Both the position numbers and the translations under genes were made by a program. Shown piece after piece: positions 8,872-19,072 of a stretch of 39,055 nucleotides of DNA. Every line of letters starts with the position of its first letter. The stretch's first letter is position 1. The DNA comes from a virus: IMG/VR virus record IMGVR_UViG_3300017408_000002, one strand, 5' to 3'. The notes beneath the pieces were generated by a model. The model had not been told where the DNA came from. It was given only the letters and a program-made list of their open reading frames with translations, and searched no databases.

Positions 8872-9476
8872 GCTTCATCCGCGTTCTGGAATTTCGCTTC
8901 CACATAACCAGGGCGTCGTGGGCCACTGCCGCCATCAGATGTGCCGGCAGCAGGAATAAGCACAGCGCCGACAACATGCGTGTCCCCGGTCTGCACGGGC
9001 GGCGTGGTGCTGACGACATAGGTCACAGTGCCGCCGTCGCGCTCGGGATCGTCATACGAAACATAATCCGTGTCCCCGCTGCCGGTTGCGATGACAGTAC
9101 CACCATTGACGGGTGCGGATGTGCCGTCTGCATACATCCGGGTATGCGGCGCGATGGTAATAATTGTAGGGCTGGCGGTAAGCACCGAATCCGGCTCGAT
9201 ATATGAGTTAACCAGCGCCTGTTCGCGCTTCGTCGCGTCGGTCAGAGCGGAAGCGGAGGCAGCGGCGTCCAAAGCGGCTTGAGTCGCCGCGTCTAAATTT
9301 GCCAGCTGGCTTTGGATTTCGGGCAGCAGCGCAATCGTATTCAGCAGCGTAACAATCTGGCTTAAAATGTCATTCAACCGTCGCGCAAACTCGGTCGTCA
9401 TACGACCTTCCCGGTCAACAATCGGGTTGGACTGTTGTAGGTTCGGAATGCGGATAGGGCTAGGTGCTACCGCCAT
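8868..9476 (-). CDS. Tail-associated protein with N-terminal coiled coil (202 aa)
   Basis: Start refined to MAVAPSPIRIPNLQQ (9476). Helical LNTIALLPEIQSQLANLDAATQAALDAAAS, then a beta-rich C-terminal part. Position between tail genes. Confidence 0.45.
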   Translation of the reverse strand: MAVAPSPIRIPNLQQSNPIVDREGRMTTEFARRLNDILSQIVTLLNTIALLPEIQSQLANLDAATQAALDAAASASALTDATKREQALVNSYIEPDSVLTASPTIITIAPHTRMYADGTSAPVNGGTVIATGSGDTDYVSYDDPERDGGTVTYVVSTTPPVQTGDTHVVGAVLIPAAGTSDGGSGPRRPGYVEAKFQNADEA

Positions 9477-10795
9477 GCTTCGTTCGCCACCATGCCAGCA
9501 AGGCGAATCCTCTCCGGGGCGATGCACGACACCTCGACTGTACGATAAGGCTGCTGCGGACGTCCAAGGCGCCATAGACTGGCCACGTCGAATGGCGAGC
9601 GTACTGTCAGCTCGTCGTAATAATCGGGGTAGCCGTCCTGACCGTCCATCCAGCGGATACGCACGGTCGTGCCAGCAGAGCAGCCAACACCAACGCTAAG
9701 GCTATCATTGCGGCCAATCGCCCCGATGAAGCCCACAGTACCGGTAGCAATGCGCTCGATCGCTAGGCCATCATCCGTCCCGCTATCAGGATCCACACGC
9801 CATACTGCGCCGTTTGTGTCGGACCCGCAAAGTATCGTGCCTTGCCGGTCATAACCCACTCGCGCGGCCCAAGTGGATTTACCCAACGTGGCGAATTCAG
9901 ACCACATCTCAGTCGATGCGTCGTATGCGAATGTGCCTTGCCCCGGAATGGCAAGGCAATAGAATTCGTGTCCGTCGATACCGAACACCCAGGCGGATAG
10001 ATCACCCCCCTTCTTCCGTATGCGCTCAGCGATCGCGTTGTCGCTGACGACTTGCGGGACCGCACCCCCGCGGCACACCTGGGCATCATCAGATACCCAC
10101 ATGACTGAATTGTCAAACCGTTTCACCGTGTCGCGTGCAAGGCAACCGCGCTCGTAGATGCGGCCCGTAACGCGCTGGAACGGCGCATCCAAATCCCCCG
10201 TGGATTGCCACGGTTCGATACTATCGTCGCCGAAAATCCAGAACTCGTCACCAACACGTCGGATGGCTACAGCTTTGTCCGGCGAGCTTTCTGCCGTGGC
10301 GAAGTTCAACGGATCAACCGTCGTCTCGCCGGGAACCAACCAGTAGAATTTGCCGGTGCGGGTGAGAATGAGCAGATATTGATTGATCTGGTCTATATCC
10401 ACCACTTCACCAGCATCGTCCGGCATCGTCAACGTCCGCAACGTGCCGTCGTATACGTATAATGTGGAGCCACCAAGGATGGCGTAGATGAACGTGGTGC
10501 CGACCATCGGGGTTATGCCGGTGCCAGCGATTGCCCCTTTGTCGGCCCCGCCGCTAAAAAGCGAACCGCCGGAAACCGTCATCTGCTCATCGCTCGACAC
10601 GCGGTAATCAAGCCCGCGGACAGGCCCAAGCCCAAGCGTTTGTGCGCGCGTCAAGCCGGGGCGTTGAATACGCAATGTCTGGTCCGGACTAATGCCAGAC
10701 TCGTCCTTTTCGACATAGAAATTGCGCAGCTTCGTTTCAGGAACGAAGCCATCAGTGCGCTTGTATGCCTTCAGGCCAATGGGGACTGCTACCAT
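9467..10795 (-). CDS. Tail hub / packaged-DNA stabilisation protein (P22 gp10-like by size and position), 442 aa
   Basis: ORF track. Beta-rich repetitive W/G/D pattern suggesting a propeller. N-terminus (PIGLKAYKRTDGF..ETKLRNFYVE) recalls the phage stabilisation protein family from memory only. Confidence 0.4.
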   Translation of the reverse strand: MVAVPIGLKAYKRTDGFVPETKLRNFYVEKDESGISPDQTLRIQRPGLTRAQTLGLGPVRGLDYRVSSDEQMTVSGGSLFSGGADKGAIAGTGITPMVGTTFIYAILGGSTLYVYDGTLRTLTMPDDAGEVVDIDQINQYLLILTRTGKFYWLVPGETTVDPLNFATAESSPDKAVAIRRVGDEFWIFGDDSIEPWQSTGDLDAPFQRVTGRIYERGCLARDTVKRFDNSVMWVSDDAQVCRGGAVPQVVSDNAIAERIRKKGGDLSAWVFGIDGHEFYCLAIPGQGTFAYDASTEMWSEFATLGKSTWAARVGYDRQGTILCGSDTNGAVWRVDPDSGTDDGLAIERIATGTVGFIGAIGRNDSLSVGVGCSAGTTVRIRWMDGQDGYPDYYDELTVRSPFDVASLWRLGRPQQPYRTVEVSCIAPERIRLAGMVANEAWR

Positions 10796-10826
10796 GCTGA
10801 GACCTTAGCATGTTCGTTGAGCAAAA

Positions 10827-11615
10827 TCACGCTGGCACCGTTGGCCGCGTCGGCGAACCAATCAACGCCTCCTGACCATGTTCGTAGGCCATGATCGCCT
10901 CCGCATCGTGGCGATCCGAGGTGGAGAGCACGCCATTGAACACCGCTATGGCTTCAAGGATGACCCCCTCGGCATTGATGACGTCATAGAACTGCGTCCA
11001 GCCGATCGATGCGCCCGTAGCGCCATTGGAGGGCGTCCCGGTGAATTGCTTGGTCTGACCTGCGCCACCATTGACGTAATGGGTCGACAGCGGGTCAGTT
11101 CCGGAAGCCATGGTGTGAACCATCAGCGACGTGACGTTCAGCGCGCTGTTCGTGGAGTTGTGATCGCCAAGCGGCATCGCAGCCCAGGTATTCGTCCCGC
11201 TGTTGCCATAGCCCGCCAAGCGCCAAGGGCCAGCGCCCGATCCCCAAGACAGGATCAACACGTTCTGCTTGTTGACCGTGCCACGATACAGCAGCAGGAT
11301 CGTATGACCCATGGTATCCTTGGGGAACACGCCGGGTGTCGTGAACTCCATACGGCTGTCCGCCGTCATCATGAGCGCCGGCTTGTTGCCGATGCTGGCG
11401 ACAGACGCGACATACGGCGGCCGACGCGAAGCCGTCGTTTGTTGAAGAACCGTTGACCCGTCGCGAGCGCGCCATTCCGAGACACCATTGCTGCCGTCGA
11501 GGGTGAACGTCGAAGCGTCAGCGATGGCATGATAGCCGATCAAGTTTGCGATATCGCCCATCCGCTTGTTGCGGGTGCCACCGCCAGTCGGATATGGGGC
11601 TGACAGGACGATCAT
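10827..11615 (-). CDS. Lectin/LamG-like jelly-roll protein, receptor-binding accessory candidate (262 aa)
   Basis: Start at MIVLSAPYP (TGATG overlap with the fibre stop). W..RDGS...RRPPYV...GNKPALMM pattern typical of ConA/LamG-like phage fibre domains. Confidence 0.45.
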   Translation of the reverse strand: MIVLSAPYPTGGGTRNKRMGDIANLIGYHAIADASTFTLDGSNGVSEWRARDGSTVLQQTTASRRPPYVASVASIGNKPALMMTADSRMEFTTPGVFPKDTMGHTILLLYRGTVNKQNVLILSWGSGAGPWRLAGYGNSGTNTWAAMPLGDHNSTNSALNVTSLMVHTMASGTDPLSTHYVNGGAGQTKQFTGTPSNGATGASIGWTQFYDVINAEGVILEAIAVFNGVLSTSDRHDAEAIMAYEHGQEALIGSPTRPTVPA

Positions 11616-12745
11616 CAGGCCGTCCGATACAGAGACACAGCCCCAGCCGCAGTAGAGGTGACGGTGAACCAATCACCAGCCGCCAGAACTACAGGCAGCG
11701 TAACCGTCGTGGTCGTGCCGCCAGTGGTCTTGGTATACGACACGCCCGGCGTTCCCAACGTGGCCCCCAAGGCAAGCGTCATGCCGGTACGGGTGTAGAT
11801 ATTAAGCGAGCCTGCCGCTGAAAAATTGAACGGATAGTCGAGCTGGTCAAGCGCCAGCCGCGGCGTCACCGTATCTACGGCCGAAACGGTAATGTTAGTA
11901 GTACCGTCGAACGACACGCCATTGATCGTCCGCGCCGTCGCCAGTTTGGTTGCAGTTCCCGCGTTGCCAGTGACGCTGGTCTGATCGCCGGTATTCGTTC
12001 CCGACAGGTTCGATCCGCTGACAGCGCCGGTCGCCGCAACACTGGTCGGGGTGATTGCACCCAAAGTCAGTGACAAAGACGGTGTAGTGCTGGCGTTGGC
12101 GACCGTGCCGGTTATCCCGGCGCCGTTTGCAAACGAGAAGGACGTAACCGTACCCGCGCCTCCACCACCGGACGCCCCATTGGCCGCAGCAATCACGCGC
12201 CCCTTGGCGTCCACGGTAATATTGGCGTTGGTGTAGCTGCCGGCAGTCACGCCCGTGGCAGCCAAGGTCGCGGCGAACGATCCCGTTCCAGACCCCGTAA
12301 CGTCACCCGTCAACGCAATCGTCTGATCGCCGGTGTTTGTGCCATTGGCGGTGCCGGTCCCCGCAGCCGCCCCAAGCGCGATCCTTGCTGCCGCAGCCGT
12401 GCTGGATCCCGTGCCACCGTTGGCAACCGACAGGTCAGCACCAGACCAATTGGCATCGTTGACACTGGAAAGCGCCGCAAGCGAACCAAGCCCAAGGTTG
12501 ACGCGTGCAGCATTGTAATCCGTCAGGCCGGACAGGTTATCCGACTTATACATGTCCCCCCCGCCGGCACTGCCGGAAGACCCGCGAGGAATGCCGAAAG
12601 CCAGAATCAGGTCGTTATCGGTGCCGATATTGGTGACAGTGGCAGGCGAACCCACAGGCAGCGTGGTTGTTTCACCAACCGTTACCGATGGCGCATCGAC
12701 GGCAACGCGCACGGCGCCACCCGTACGAACGATACGAGATGTCAT
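11615..12745 (-). CDS. Tail fibre (376 aa)
   Basis: Repeated GTNTGDQT motifs and [21 protein letters not shown], a classical phage tail-fibre repeat. Gly/Thr/Ala-rich. ATGA overlap at 12742-12745. Confidence 0.7.
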   Translation of the reverse strand: MTSRIVRTGGAVRVAVDAPSVTVGETTTLPVGSPATVTNIGTDNDLILAFGIPRGSSGSAGGGDMYKSDNLSGLTDYNAARVNLGLGSLAALSSVNDANWSGADLSVANGGTGSSTAAAARIALGAAAGTGTANGTNTGDQTIALTGDVTGSGTGSFAATLAATGVTAGSYTNANITVDAKGRVIAAANGASGGGGAGTVTSFSFANGAGITGTVANASTTPSLSLTLGAITPTSVAATGAVSGSNLSGTNTGDQTSVTGNAGTATKLATARTINGVSFDGTTNITVSAVDTVTPRLALDQLDYPFNFSAAGSLNIYTRTGMTLALGATLGTPGVSYTKTTGGTTTTVTLPVVLAAGDWFTVTSTAAGAVSLYRTA

Positions 12746-13194
12746 ACCGGCGCCCTCACAAGAACATTGATCCACACCGGAGTGGTAACGGGCGAGATAA
12801 TGCTAAGCACTGCGCCCAACACACTGACCGTCAATGTCTTAGGAACGCGCTGCACAATAATAACAACCTGCGTGTTGGTTGCGCTATTTTCTTCTACACT
12901 GGCATCATTGCGATATGCCACGCCGTTAGGCGTTTCAGCCGTGGTAGTAACGGCGGGCTTGATCCCCGCGGCATAAGCCTTCGGGTATATGAATACCGCT
13001 CTGCCGTTTGCGTCAGGCGTTACTTGAGTGCGCACGGCCTGCTGGCGATCGGCGCCGGTCAATGCATCTGCCGCCACCGAATCCGCCTTGACCATTGCGG
13101 CATTGGCAGTAGTCGTAGCATTACTGGCTTCAGCCGCAACAGCAGCCAAATCAGCTGGGCTGACACCGGATGGGTTGAACAAGCCCTCAGGCAT
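12742..13194 (-). CDS. Virion-module protein (150 aa)
   Basis: ORF track. Coupled to its neighbours. No motif recognised. Confidence 0.45.
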   Translation of the reverse strand: MPEGLFNPSGVSPADLAAVAAEASNATTTANAAMVKADSVAADALTGADRQQAVRTQVTPDANGRAVFIYPKAYAAGIKPAVTTTAETPNGVAYRNDASVEENSATNTQVVIIVQRVPKTLTVSVLGAVLSIISPVTTPVWINVLVRAPV

Positions 13195-13577
13195 CAGGAA
13201 AACCGATTGACAGTATACGGCTGGTTTGCCGCCGTGGACAATAGCGTCAGCGTACCCGCAGTGCGATCAGGCGGGTTGTAGGAGCCACCAGCAACGATCG
13301 GGAAGGATCCAACTCCATTGACAGCAGGCGTTCCCCACGAAGCCCACAGCGTAGCCGTGGATGGGTTGATTATCTCGGAACGCGTCGTGTTGGTAATCTG
13401 CACTGCTGCCGTTGAACCGCTAGCTGCAATGGACCCAGACACGGACGAAGATGCAACAGACGTCGTTGCCACAGATGCCGTACGCAACGGCGCAGCAGCG
13501 GTGCCAACCGGATTAAGATCATCATCGGCCATCCATACGGGAACAGCCGTCGAGGATTTGCTTTGCTGTCCAGGCAT
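13194..13577 (-). CDS. Virion-module protein (127 aa), Ser/Thr/Ala-rich
   Basis: ORF track. Coupled to its neighbours. Confidence 0.45.
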   Translation of the reverse strand: MPGQQSKSSTAVPVWMADDDLNPVGTAAAPLRTASVATTSVASSSVSGSIAASGSTAAVQITNTTRSEIINPSTATLWASWGTPAVNGVGSFPIVAGGSYNPPDRTAGTLTLLSTAANQPYTVNRFS

Positions 13578-14266
13578 CAGATATACACCCCCATCACACT
13601 TTCACGACGCATACCGTAACGGTGAGTCATTTGCATCCTGAAACGCGCGGCTTGGCTAACGGTTACTTCGGAAAGTTCGGCGCCAAACTGGTCTGCAATC
13701 TCGACCGCAAGGCATGATGCCAGCCCGGACGCGTCAGCGGTAGAGCGGGGGGCTTCATCGTCCTGTTGTAGAGATTCGATCTGCTCCCACTTCTTCAGCG
13801 TGCCGTCATAGATCGACGTCAGCACATTGCCGGTCGCCTCATCGGTGATGATGACCACGGAGCCATCTCGGGGCGACTGCACGCATCCGATAGGCTGGCT
13901 GGGCTGAATATCCACCACCGTGTCATTACCCTGCGTGGTGATACTAATGATGGTGCCATAATACCCGCTGCGCAGTTCGCGACCGTAGTCCGGCACGATG
14001 CCGTCAGACACAAACTCTGGCAGGATGATTTCGATATCGTCTCCAGCGCGGCGCATGATGCGTTCGTTGCCTCGTGCAACGTACTGCGTACCCTGCGGCA
14101 TCCGGTCATAAAGGCGCCCGAACGCCCCCGATGCAATCCAAGATTGATATAGCCCCTGAAGGCCCGCCAGCGCGTCCGCTGCATCCGTAGGCCGTGCGTC
14201 ACGCCCTCCCCCCAACACGCCCAATTTACGCAGGGCAAGGTTCGTGACGTGACGCACTGTCGCCAT
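13577..14266 (-). CDS. Head-to-tail adaptor candidate (229 aa)
   Basis: Position after the head genes. N-terminal NLALRKLGVLGGG...DALAGLQGLYQSW resembles adaptor/tail-accessory N-termini seen in podophages (from memory). Confidence 0.4.
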   Translation of the reverse strand: MATVRHVTNLALRKLGVLGGGRDARPTDAADALAGLQGLYQSWIASGAFGRLYDRMPQGTQYVARGNERIMRRAGDDIEIILPEFVSDGIVPDYGRELRSGYYGTIISITTQGNDTVVDIQPSQPIGCVQSPRDGSVVIITDEATGNVLTSIYDGTLKKWEQIESLQQDDEAPRSTADASGLASCLAVEIADQFGAELSEVTVSQAARFRMQMTHRYGMRRESVMGVYI

Positions 14267-14592
14267 TACTTGGTCGCTTCCACCAGCTTTGCGCGGAGCG
14301 TTTCGACGCTGGGATTACCCTGCACCGACACGCCGCGTGCGCGCAGCTGAGTCTTCAAAGCAGCCTTTTCAGTGCCTTCTTCGGCACGTGCTGCCAGCAT
14401 TTCCGCATCAGGCTCGTCCGCTTCCACCGGATCCGCCTTCGCTTCCGCGCTAAACATCGGGTTGCCCTTCAAGGCGTCGAACAATCCCTTGTCCTTCACC
14501 TCGACAGGCTGGCCCTTCACGAAGGTAACGCCCTCGATCAGCACCATCTGCGCTTCGGGGTCGCTATCCCCGATCCAGGTCAGCTTCGACAT
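14266..14592 (-). CDS. Acidic head-module protein with C-terminal HeH/SAP-like motif (108 aa)
   Basis: LKTQLRARGVSVQGNPSVETLRAKLVEA resembles the Rho-N/HeH motif. TGATG overlap at 14592. Confidence 0.5.
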   Translation of the reverse strand: MSKLTWIGDSDPEAQMVLIEGVTFVKGQPVEVKDKGLFDALKGNPMFSAEAKADPVEADEPDAEMLAARAEEGTEKAALKTQLRARGVSVQGNPSVETLRAKLVEATK

Positions 14593-15065
14593 CAGGCCGG
14601 CTCCTCGACATACCCATCCAGCACCACGACGATGTTGCCGGTGTTGTTGGTGGTTGCGCCGCCAACCGTCAGCGTGACAGTCGTGTAGGCACCCTTGCCA
14701 CCCGGCGTGTTGGGCGACGACAGGAAGTCTCGACCCGCATCCGCCATGGTGACGTTGCTGCCCGTCGCTGCGGCCGAAGCCGAAGCGAAGTAGCGAGCTG
14801 GGTCAGCGCCTGCGCCGCCGCCGCCGGTATCGCCCACCGTGTAGGTGACGCCAGTGCCGGCCGCACCCACCACCTTGACGAAAGCCGACCGCACCCGGAA
14901 CTTCGGATGCAGGCGGAACAGCTCGACCACATCACCCACCGCGAGCGCGCCCGTGGTGGCAAGGTTGATCTCCGCACGCTCTACCTTGAGCGAACGACCG
15001 CCGATGCCCGGACCCGAAACCGGATACTTCGGCACCGTCATCTGAAGGGACTGGAAAGTTGCCAT
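14592..15065 (-). CDS. Capsid decoration / cement protein candidate (157 aa)
   Basis: Immediately downstream of the major capsid gene. Beta-rich, Gly/Thr/Ala-rich. Confidence 0.4.
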   Translation of the reverse strand: MATFQSLQMTVPKYPVSGPGIGGRSLKVERAEINLATTGALAVGDVVELFRLHPKFRVRSAFVKVVGAAGTGVTYTVGDTGGGGAGADPARYFASASAAATGSNVTMADAGRDFLSSPNTPGGKGAYTTVTLTVGGATTNNTGNIVVVLDGYVEEPA

Positions 15066-15077
15066 GTCAGTATCTCC

Positions 15078-16211
15078 TTACGAGCCGATGGGCGTGGAAG
15101 CGGTGAAGACCTCGACCATGCCATAGTTGGTGCCAAGGAACGAGGTCTTCTTCTGACCGCGAAGTTCCTCGATCGCGACGCCCGGACGGAAGCCGTAATC
15201 GCGATCACGATCACTCTTCGGCGTCGGGTCCTGACCCCATGCAATCGCCAGCGCACCAGCGCCGCACAGGAACGAACGGCTGACGTTGGCACCCGAAGTA
15301 CCCACGCCGTTCAGCGTGTTCAGCTCGGGGATCTCGCGCAGGATAACGCCGTCATAGATACGGTCGCCACCCTGAAAGATCGGGTTGCTGTCCACGCCAC
15401 GCTCACGAGCATCGCGGTCGGCCTGTGCGATCAACGGATCACGGCTGGCCTGCGAGAACGCAAACGAGTCCATAAACATAACGAACCATTCGCGGCCCGC
15501 AGTGGCATCCGACTGATACGGATTGATCGCCATGCCTTTGCTGTTGTTCGTGGTGCGCTTGGCGAGCGACTTGGCGATCTGGATGACCCGCGCCGACATC
15601 TGGTCGTTCACGGTATCGACCGTGCCAAGCGCCGTTGCGAAATTGCCCGAAGCCGAGTTGGCCAAATCACTGCCGAACAGCATGCGGTCGGCGTTGTTCT
15701 GGAGGTACGTGTTGCGCTGTGCCGCAGTGGCGTTGGCGTAGAGCACGGCAGTGTCAGCCAGCGGCGATCCGTCAGCGTCGGTGACGCCGGGAATAATAAC
15801 CGACTGGAACGCGTTGATGATGCTATCGCGCAGCTTCACCTTCGACCACGTAACCAGACGCTCGCGCGCCGCGTTCAGCAGGTCGATTTCGGTACGGAAC
15901 GACGTGGACTTGGGAACGACAACACCGTTACGCAGCCAGTTGATGCGCACCTGATCGCCGTAGTTCTCCATCTCCTCCTCGTTGCCTTCGAGGACTTCGG
16001 AACCCTCGACGCCGCGACCGCGCAGTTCGAGAATGAGCGGGATGTTGATGGTCGAACCTGCATCGGTGCGCAGTTCCGAACGAATGCGGATGATGCTCGA
16101 TTCCGAACGACCCATATACGGAGCGTAACCGGAAGCGCGCGTGTAGGACTTCAGATAGTTGGTGACCCAGACAGCTTTTTCGCTGACGGATGCAAGCTGG
16201 ACTTCTGCCAT
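15078..16211 (-). CDS. Major capsid protein (377 aa, HK97-fold type)
   Basis: Portal-scaffold-capsid order and size. The N-terminal region pattern (...YMGRSESSIIRIRSELRTDAGSTINIPL...LEGNEEEMENY...) is like podophage major capsid families. Confidence 0.8.
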   Translation of the reverse strand: MAEVQLASVSEKAVWVTNYLKSYTRASGYAPYMGRSESSIIRIRSELRTDAGSTINIPLILELRGRGVEGSEVLEGNEEEMENYGDQVRINWLRNGVVVPKSTSFRTEIDLLNAARERLVTWSKVKLRDSIINAFQSVIIPGVTDADGSPLADTAVLYANATAAQRNTYLQNNADRMLFGSDLANSASGNFATALGTVDTVNDQMSARVIQIAKSLAKRTTNNSKGMAINPYQSDATAGREWFVMFMDSFAFSQASRDPLIAQADRDARERGVDSNPIFQGGDRIYDGVILREIPELNTLNGVGTSGANVSRSFLCGAGALAIAWGQDPTPKSDRDRDYGFRPGVAIEELRGQKKTSFLGTNYGMVEVFTASTPIGS

Positions 16212-16220
16212 TGTACCCTC

Positions 16221-16976
16221 TTAGGAAAAGAGAGCATCAACTCCAACAAGGGGGCCGGTAGCGGTTTGCCGAACATCGCTTGGCGCTGTTGCCTGCGATG
16301 CCAGACTGCGCGGAACCCTTGGCGTCGGTGATGCCGATGCGGGAACCACAGCGGCGGTTGCCGGTGCGGACGCGCTCTGACCTAGAAGTGCCGGGTTCTT
16401 GGCAAGGTAGTCCTTGACGAAATCGTCAATGCTACGATCACCGATCTGCGACACGAGGCCGTCACGCTTGTGTTGCTGGATCACCCAATCAATCGGCAAC
16501 GCCTGTGTCTCGAATGCGACTTCGACCTGCTGCCTGAAAACCGGATCCGACTGCGCCTTTTCAAGCGCCCAAGACCGTGCTTCCTCAACCTTGTCCTTGC
16601 CGTAATCTCTGACCGCAAGATGATAGCTGGTATCGACCTTCTGCGTTTGACGCGCTTGGTTGATCTGGCTTTCGATATGCGCGGCGAACCCGTTAGGGTC
16701 ATCATAGGGATCGGGAATATTGGCTTGCGCCTGCGGTGCCTGCTGCTTCAGGCGCTCAATCTCTGCTTCCAGAGTCTTGCGCTTTTCCCGTTCATCCAAC
16801 AGCGCCCCGATCGGGATGCGGTCTTCGGTGCGGGCCTCAACAACTGGCGGCTCCGGTTCCGGCTCTGGCTCTTGTGGAGCCTCGACCACTTCCGGCTCTG
16901 GCTGAATATCAACAACAGGCTCAACGGCTTCAACCGCTTCATCCGTTCCGAACACTTCATCCAGATTGTCAGCCAT
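16221..16976 (-). CDS. Scaffolding protein (251 aa)
   Basis: Between portal and capsid genes. Very acidic, Pro/Glu-rich N-terminus with helical coiled-coil segments. GGGAG lies 6 nt before ATG 16976. Confidence 0.6.
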   Translation of the reverse strand: MADNLDEVFGTDEAVEAVEPVVDIQPEPEVVEAPQEPEPEPEPPVVEARTEDRIPIGALLDEREKRKTLEAEIERLKQQAPQAQANIPDPYDDPNGFAAHIESQINQARQTQKVDTSYHLAVRDYGKDKVEEARSWALEKAQSDPVFRQQVEVAFETQALPIDWVIQQHKRDGLVSQIGDRSIDDFVKDYLAKNPALLGQSASAPATAAVVPASASPTPRVPRSLASQATAPSDVRQTATGPLVGVDALFS

Positions 16977-17110
16977 ATTCACTCCCTACGTTCCGTCTCG
17001 TGGAACCAACGACACGCCCGGCAACCTCGGCGGCAGGTGCTGATTATTGCGGTCCAGCAACCGATACGCCCGTTATCCCCGGCGGCGGGTAGCCTGATAC
17101 CCGTTGAATA

Positions 17111-19069
17111 CTACTGATTGTCCGCCAACGCAAGCATCGGATCAAGGCCAAGCTGTGCGAACAATTGGGCCTGCGCCGTATCCGCATCTGCTGCCGTCTT
17201 GTGCGCCGATGCGACCTTCTGCAACGTCGCTGCCTGCGTATCCTCGATCTTCGCGGCCTGCTCTGCCTCGACCAGCTGCTGCGCGCGTGCCTGCGCCTCT
17301 GCCTGCGCCTGCATCTGCTGCGCCTGCTCTTGCTGCACGGCCTCCTTCATCGACTTGACGCGTTCCAGCAATCGCGTCTTGTCCGGTAGCGGGGCCAGTT
17401 CCAGCACGACTTCGAACACCGGCGACATCGGATCGATACCCGACTGGATCAGGTCCATAACAGATTCGAACACCTCCTGCTCCAGCGCCACAGTGTCGGG
17501 CGTGCTGGCAATGATGATATCCATATCCATTTCGGCGGGGCGGTTCTGGGTGATAGGCTGCTGGACAACTTGCCCCTGACCGTCAGGCCCCGGAACGATG
17601 GTTGGCTGGTAGCCTGTGACCTCATTGATCTGCAAGAACTCCACAGCCCTTGGATTGTCCGTCACACGAATCCATTCCGGCTCCGTTTTGAATTGCTGCG
17701 CGCACTTCCACATCTGCTCATAGACGCGGTTTTCGAACTCCGCGAACCGCCCGAACCCGCGCCCGAACTGCGTCAGGCCAGCCTGCTGCGCCACCTGACG
17801 CGCGCGGCCCGATGCTGCTGACCCCTCCCGCAGATCTTGGGCTATGGCGACCGGCACCATGCGTTGCAGGCTTTCCTTCGCCTCAGCCAACATCTGAAGG
17901 TTGCCGGACGCCATATCTTGCGCCTGTACGGCCTGCCAACCGATCGGGATGACGCCATCGGCTCTTGCCGTCTCACGGCGCAACTCTTCGGTATCGACCG
18001 GTGGCGCATTCATATCGGTTTGCTGAACCTGCCGGCTGTTGAGCAAATGCAGGCCACGAGAACGACGCGCGTTCACCTCATCCTGCATGTACCGCATCGA
18101 ACGGATAGGCCCATAACGGTTGTTCTGGCGATCCACCTTGAACGATTCCGCCTCGATCGGGCAGCGCGTTTCGCCGGTCTGCACGTCTACATACGGCGAG
18201 CGGTCGAACTCCAGCGTTCCCGCGGCGCAGTACACAGCACGCAACCAGCCTTCAGCGGCCTTGTAATAGATTTCAACCACCAGCACACGATTGCGGCGCC
18301 GGTCCACCCACATGATACGTGACTCCGGCTTGTCGTCCCAAGTCGCTTCCAGAGCATTCTCCGCAACAGTAGTGATATCACCCATCGTTCGCACGCGCTC
18401 GGCCCATTCCGGGTTTGCAGCTACCTCGTCGGCGTACATCCACGTCGTAAAACCCAAGTACTTTGCGTCCTTGAAGTCGTTGTCGCGGCTCTTGGGGTCG
18501 TAGAAGAACGTTTCCCACCGCCCGCGGCTGACCGTCACGTCACGCCCGTTGAACTCGATCACTGCGGCACATACGCCGTGCTTCAGATAATCCTCCGCGC
18601 AGTCCATGCGCTTCTTGGTCCATTTTGACTTGTCCGCAATGAACCGCAGCATCTTGGTCGCCACGTCCGCGGCCGGCTGCGCTTTGGGATTGCGCGGATA
18701 GGCGCGCGGGTCAGTCTTGCCCGACTCCATCACGCCAAGAATGCCATCGATCGCAGGAGCAATACGGTTGTCAATCACCAGCGGCTGGCCACGCTGCTTC
18801 AGGACGGAACGCACCTCGGCATTGGCCTGCCCGTGCGTGTCGTAATAATCCTGATCCTTCTCCTGCTCGTCGCGCGCCTCGTTGGTCAGCTGCCGCGATT
18901 CATCGAACATCTTCTTCAGCTTATCGATCGTCGGCGGCTTCAGGCCACTATCGCTATCATCGTCGGCAGGCGGGGTGACGCTGTGTTCCGCGATGTCGCC
19001 GGGGATCTGGCCATGCGGAACAACAGCATGGGCTTTGCGAATAGGCGATGCTTCGTTGTCAATTGCCAT
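17111..19069 (-). CDS. Portal protein (652 aa) with long Q/A-rich C-terminal helix
   Basis: Directly after TerL. Size. C-terminal QQEQAQQMQAQAEAQARAQQLVEAEQAAK barrel-like helix as in P22-type portals. Confidence 0.8.
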   Translation of the reverse strand: MAIDNEASPIRKAHAVVPHGQIPGDIAEHSVTPPADDDSDSGLKPPTIDKLKKMFDESRQLTNEARDEQEKDQDYYDTHGQANAEVRSVLKQRGQPLVIDNRIAPAIDGILGVMESGKTDPRAYPRNPKAQPAADVATKMLRFIADKSKWTKKRMDCAEDYLKHGVCAAVIEFNGRDVTVSRGRWETFFYDPKSRDNDFKDAKYLGFTTWMYADEVAANPEWAERVRTMGDITTVAENALEATWDDKPESRIMWVDRRRNRVLVVEIYYKAAEGWLRAVYCAAGTLEFDRSPYVDVQTGETRCPIEAESFKVDRQNNRYGPIRSMRYMQDEVNARRSRGLHLLNSRQVQQTDMNAPPVDTEELRRETARADGVIPIGWQAVQAQDMASGNLQMLAEAKESLQRMVPVAIAQDLREGSAASGRARQVAQQAGLTQFGRGFGRFAEFENRVYEQMWKCAQQFKTEPEWIRVTDNPRAVEFLQINEVTGYQPTIVPGPDGQGQVVQQPITQNRPAEMDMDIIIASTPDTVALEQEVFESVMDLIQSGIDPMSPVFEVVLELAPLPDKTRLLERVKSMKEAVQQEQAQQMQAQAEAQARAQQLVEAEQAAKIEDTQAATLQKVASAHKTAADADTAQAQLFAQLGLDPMLALADNQ

Positions 19070-19072
19070 GTA

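Noticed and set aside
11615-12775. Tail-fibre locus checked for a diversity-generating retroelement (template/variable repeats, RT)
   Set aside because: No reverse transcriptase gene exists anywhere in the genome. The only DNA repeats in the fibre gene are the short in-frame motif repeats (gtctgatcgccggt) encoding TGDQT.
14907-16331. 474-aa plus-strand ORF, the longest ORF on that strand in this region
   Set aside because: It is entirely antisense to the major capsid and scaffold genes. It is extremely Arg/Ala/Thr/His-rich with no motifs, which is a typical shadow ORF of GC-rich coding DNA. The minus-strand genes have SDs, coupling and recognisable function.
16977-17110. 134-nt gap after the portal gene. 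The portal frame stays open for 41 codons beyond its TAG, with a Cys-rich translation (possible read-through). I also checked the gap for a tRNA.
   Set aside because: No start codon or suppressor context is evident, and open frames of this length are expected by chance in GC-rich DNA. The only T-arm-like hairpin (tcgt-tggttcc-acga) lacks a TTC-type loop and has no acceptor or anticodon arms. It is probably just a spacer, possibly with a promoter.
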